A DNA stretch of 64,000 nt, from the NCBI RefSeq assembly GCF_009914755.1, contig NC_060933.1; one strand, 5' to 3'. This document shows, in pieces, positions 61,576 to 64,000 of the stretch (its first letter is position 1; each line of letters opens with the position of its first letter). Source of the DNA: the human T2T-CHM13v2.0 reference genome, Homo sapiens. A program made the position numbers and the translations under genes. The notes beneath the pieces were generated by a model. It was not told where the DNA came from, did not search any database, and saw nothing but the letters and a program-made list of their open reading frames with translations.

Positions 61576-61711
61576 GATGGTCCAGCAGTTTGCCGTAGAC
61601 TTTGAGAAGCGCATTGAGGGCTCAGGAGATCAGATCGACACCTACGAACTGTCAGGGGGAGCCCGCATTAACCGAATCTTCCACGAGCGCTTCCCTTTCG
61701 AGCTGGTCAAG
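61576..61711 (+). CDS. DNM1: Dynamin-1 exon 8
   Basis: [45 protein letters not shown]; 136 nt. Confidence 0.97.
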
Positions 61712-61829
61712 GTAGGTCAGGCAGCCCTGGGGACAGGATGGCTCAGGACTCCCCCCACCCTCACTCAGGACTCTCTCTGCGTGTGTTTTTGCTGGCCCCC
61801 ACCCCACAGGCCCTGATGCCCAGCCCTAG

Positions 61830-62015
<186 letters not shown>

Positions 62016-62881
62016 TAGGGGGTCTGGGACAGAGGCACAGGGAGTGATGAAGTGGGCCTCCCTCAGGAAGGACTGAAAGCTCTGTTCCCCAGTCCTCTCG
62101 ACCCCAACTTTCTGGCTCCCTGCATGACAGGCTCCAGCTTGGGGAGGTGGACCCGGGCCACCCCGCCTACTGCAACTTGCTGGGCCAACTGGGCACAGCC
62201 CAGGGCGCAGGTGGCCGGGGAAACACCCTCTGGGGCTGGGCCCATCCCCAGGGTGAGATAGCTCCCCCAGTGCCACCCAGGTAACCGGACAAAGATGTCC
62301 AAACCACTACGAGGGCCTGGGGTGGAGCATCTAAGTATGAGGCTGTGTCCTTTTATGACGACCGGGGACTTTGCAATCCTCCACACCCTCCTGTATTCAC
62401 AGTAGCCCAGAGTCAGTCCCATTCCACCCCACCGCCCTCCTTCTAGGCAACCCGTGGAGTAGGAAACAGGATTGGGAGGTGGAATCTGTTCCTTAAAAGC
62501 TTAGATCCCCTTCAGGGACCCAGATCTATGCTGTGTTCATCCAACAAATCCACTGGGCCGGAAAATTTAAAGCACCTACCCTATGCCAAGCAGTGAACAA
62601 GACCCAGTGTCCCCTTGCTCTCATGCAGGTTCATTTCCAAGATTTGGCATGGAATTTACTTCCTGATAACTGCACTGGCCAATTCACAGAAAAAAGATCT
62701 CTTTCCTAGTCTTAAAACAAAACACTCTATTCCTGGAAAGGCTCTTATGGAGAACCACGTTTGGCAATTTTCAAGCCATTTCTGGCCATAGAACTTCCTA
62801 TATGCACAGACCCTTACGAGGAAGCAGGACTTACATATCAGATACTCAACCACCTTGTCTTGCCCCAAAGAGCCTCATTAG

Positions 62882-63504
<623 letters not shown>

Positions 63505-64000
63505 GTAACCCGGAGGCCCGGGCCAGCCCCCACCGCCTCTGCCCCGCCCTGCACTGCTGCCAGGCGCTCCTTCCCCATGTCCCCCCCTGCCTCCTCGGTA
63601 GCATGTACAGACCTCAGCGGGGTGGGGAGGCAGGCCACCACTGAATAGGAGACAATGTGCCTCTGAGAGGGCCTCACCCACCCCTGGCCCCCAGGTCTGG
63701 GGACCCAGGGATTGGACATGGGTGAGACGGGGATGATGGCTGGCTGTTTACCCCAAGAGCCCACCAAGAGCTCCCCCAGCTCAGAGAATAGGGCTTGAGG
63801 GGACCCTGAGCCCCCTCCCTGTCCTCGGAGGTGTCATCTTTGGGAGCTCCAGGGAGGGGTCTGGGGAAACCTTAGCCTTGGAGACAGGTGAAATGCAGGG
63901 CCTTCTCGGGCACTGCTCGGTGGGCCTGGGTGGCCAGAGGGGGTGCAGAGGACCCAGGACTAGCAGGTGCCCTGGCTCCCCGCTGTCCTTCATCCTCCCC

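Overview
Human genomic DNA, recognisable as the BBLN(C9orf16)-CIZ1-DNM1 locus (chr9q34.11, from recall), Alu-dense and GC-rich. It holds three genes. (1) The last coding exon of BBLN (+). (2) The complete CIZ1 CDS (-): 16 coding exons traced by hand through GT/AG boundaries, summing to 2697 nt = 898 aa + stop. (3) DNM1 (+) exons 1-9 plus one of its two mutually exclusive exon 10 alternatives. Almost all other ORFs in the track are Alu, simple-repeat or antisense artefacts. I see no new multi-gene system. The most interesting observations are: CIZ1 cassette exon 4 is the in-register antisense strand of an ancient LINE-1 ORF2p Cys-rich motif; a diverged duplicate of the CIZ1 terminal exon with an intact splice acceptor lies 2.3 kb downstream, next to the BBLN 3' end; candidate alternative CIZ1 first exons (one giving an in-frame N-terminal extension, one inside DNM1 intron 1); a solo LTR13 with a CTCF-like motif inside an Alu; a GC-box-packed DNM1 intron 3; a (GC)13(GT)12 Z-DNA tract; and a GC donor before DNM1 exon 10. 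Repeat family names and literature links come from memory, not from searches.
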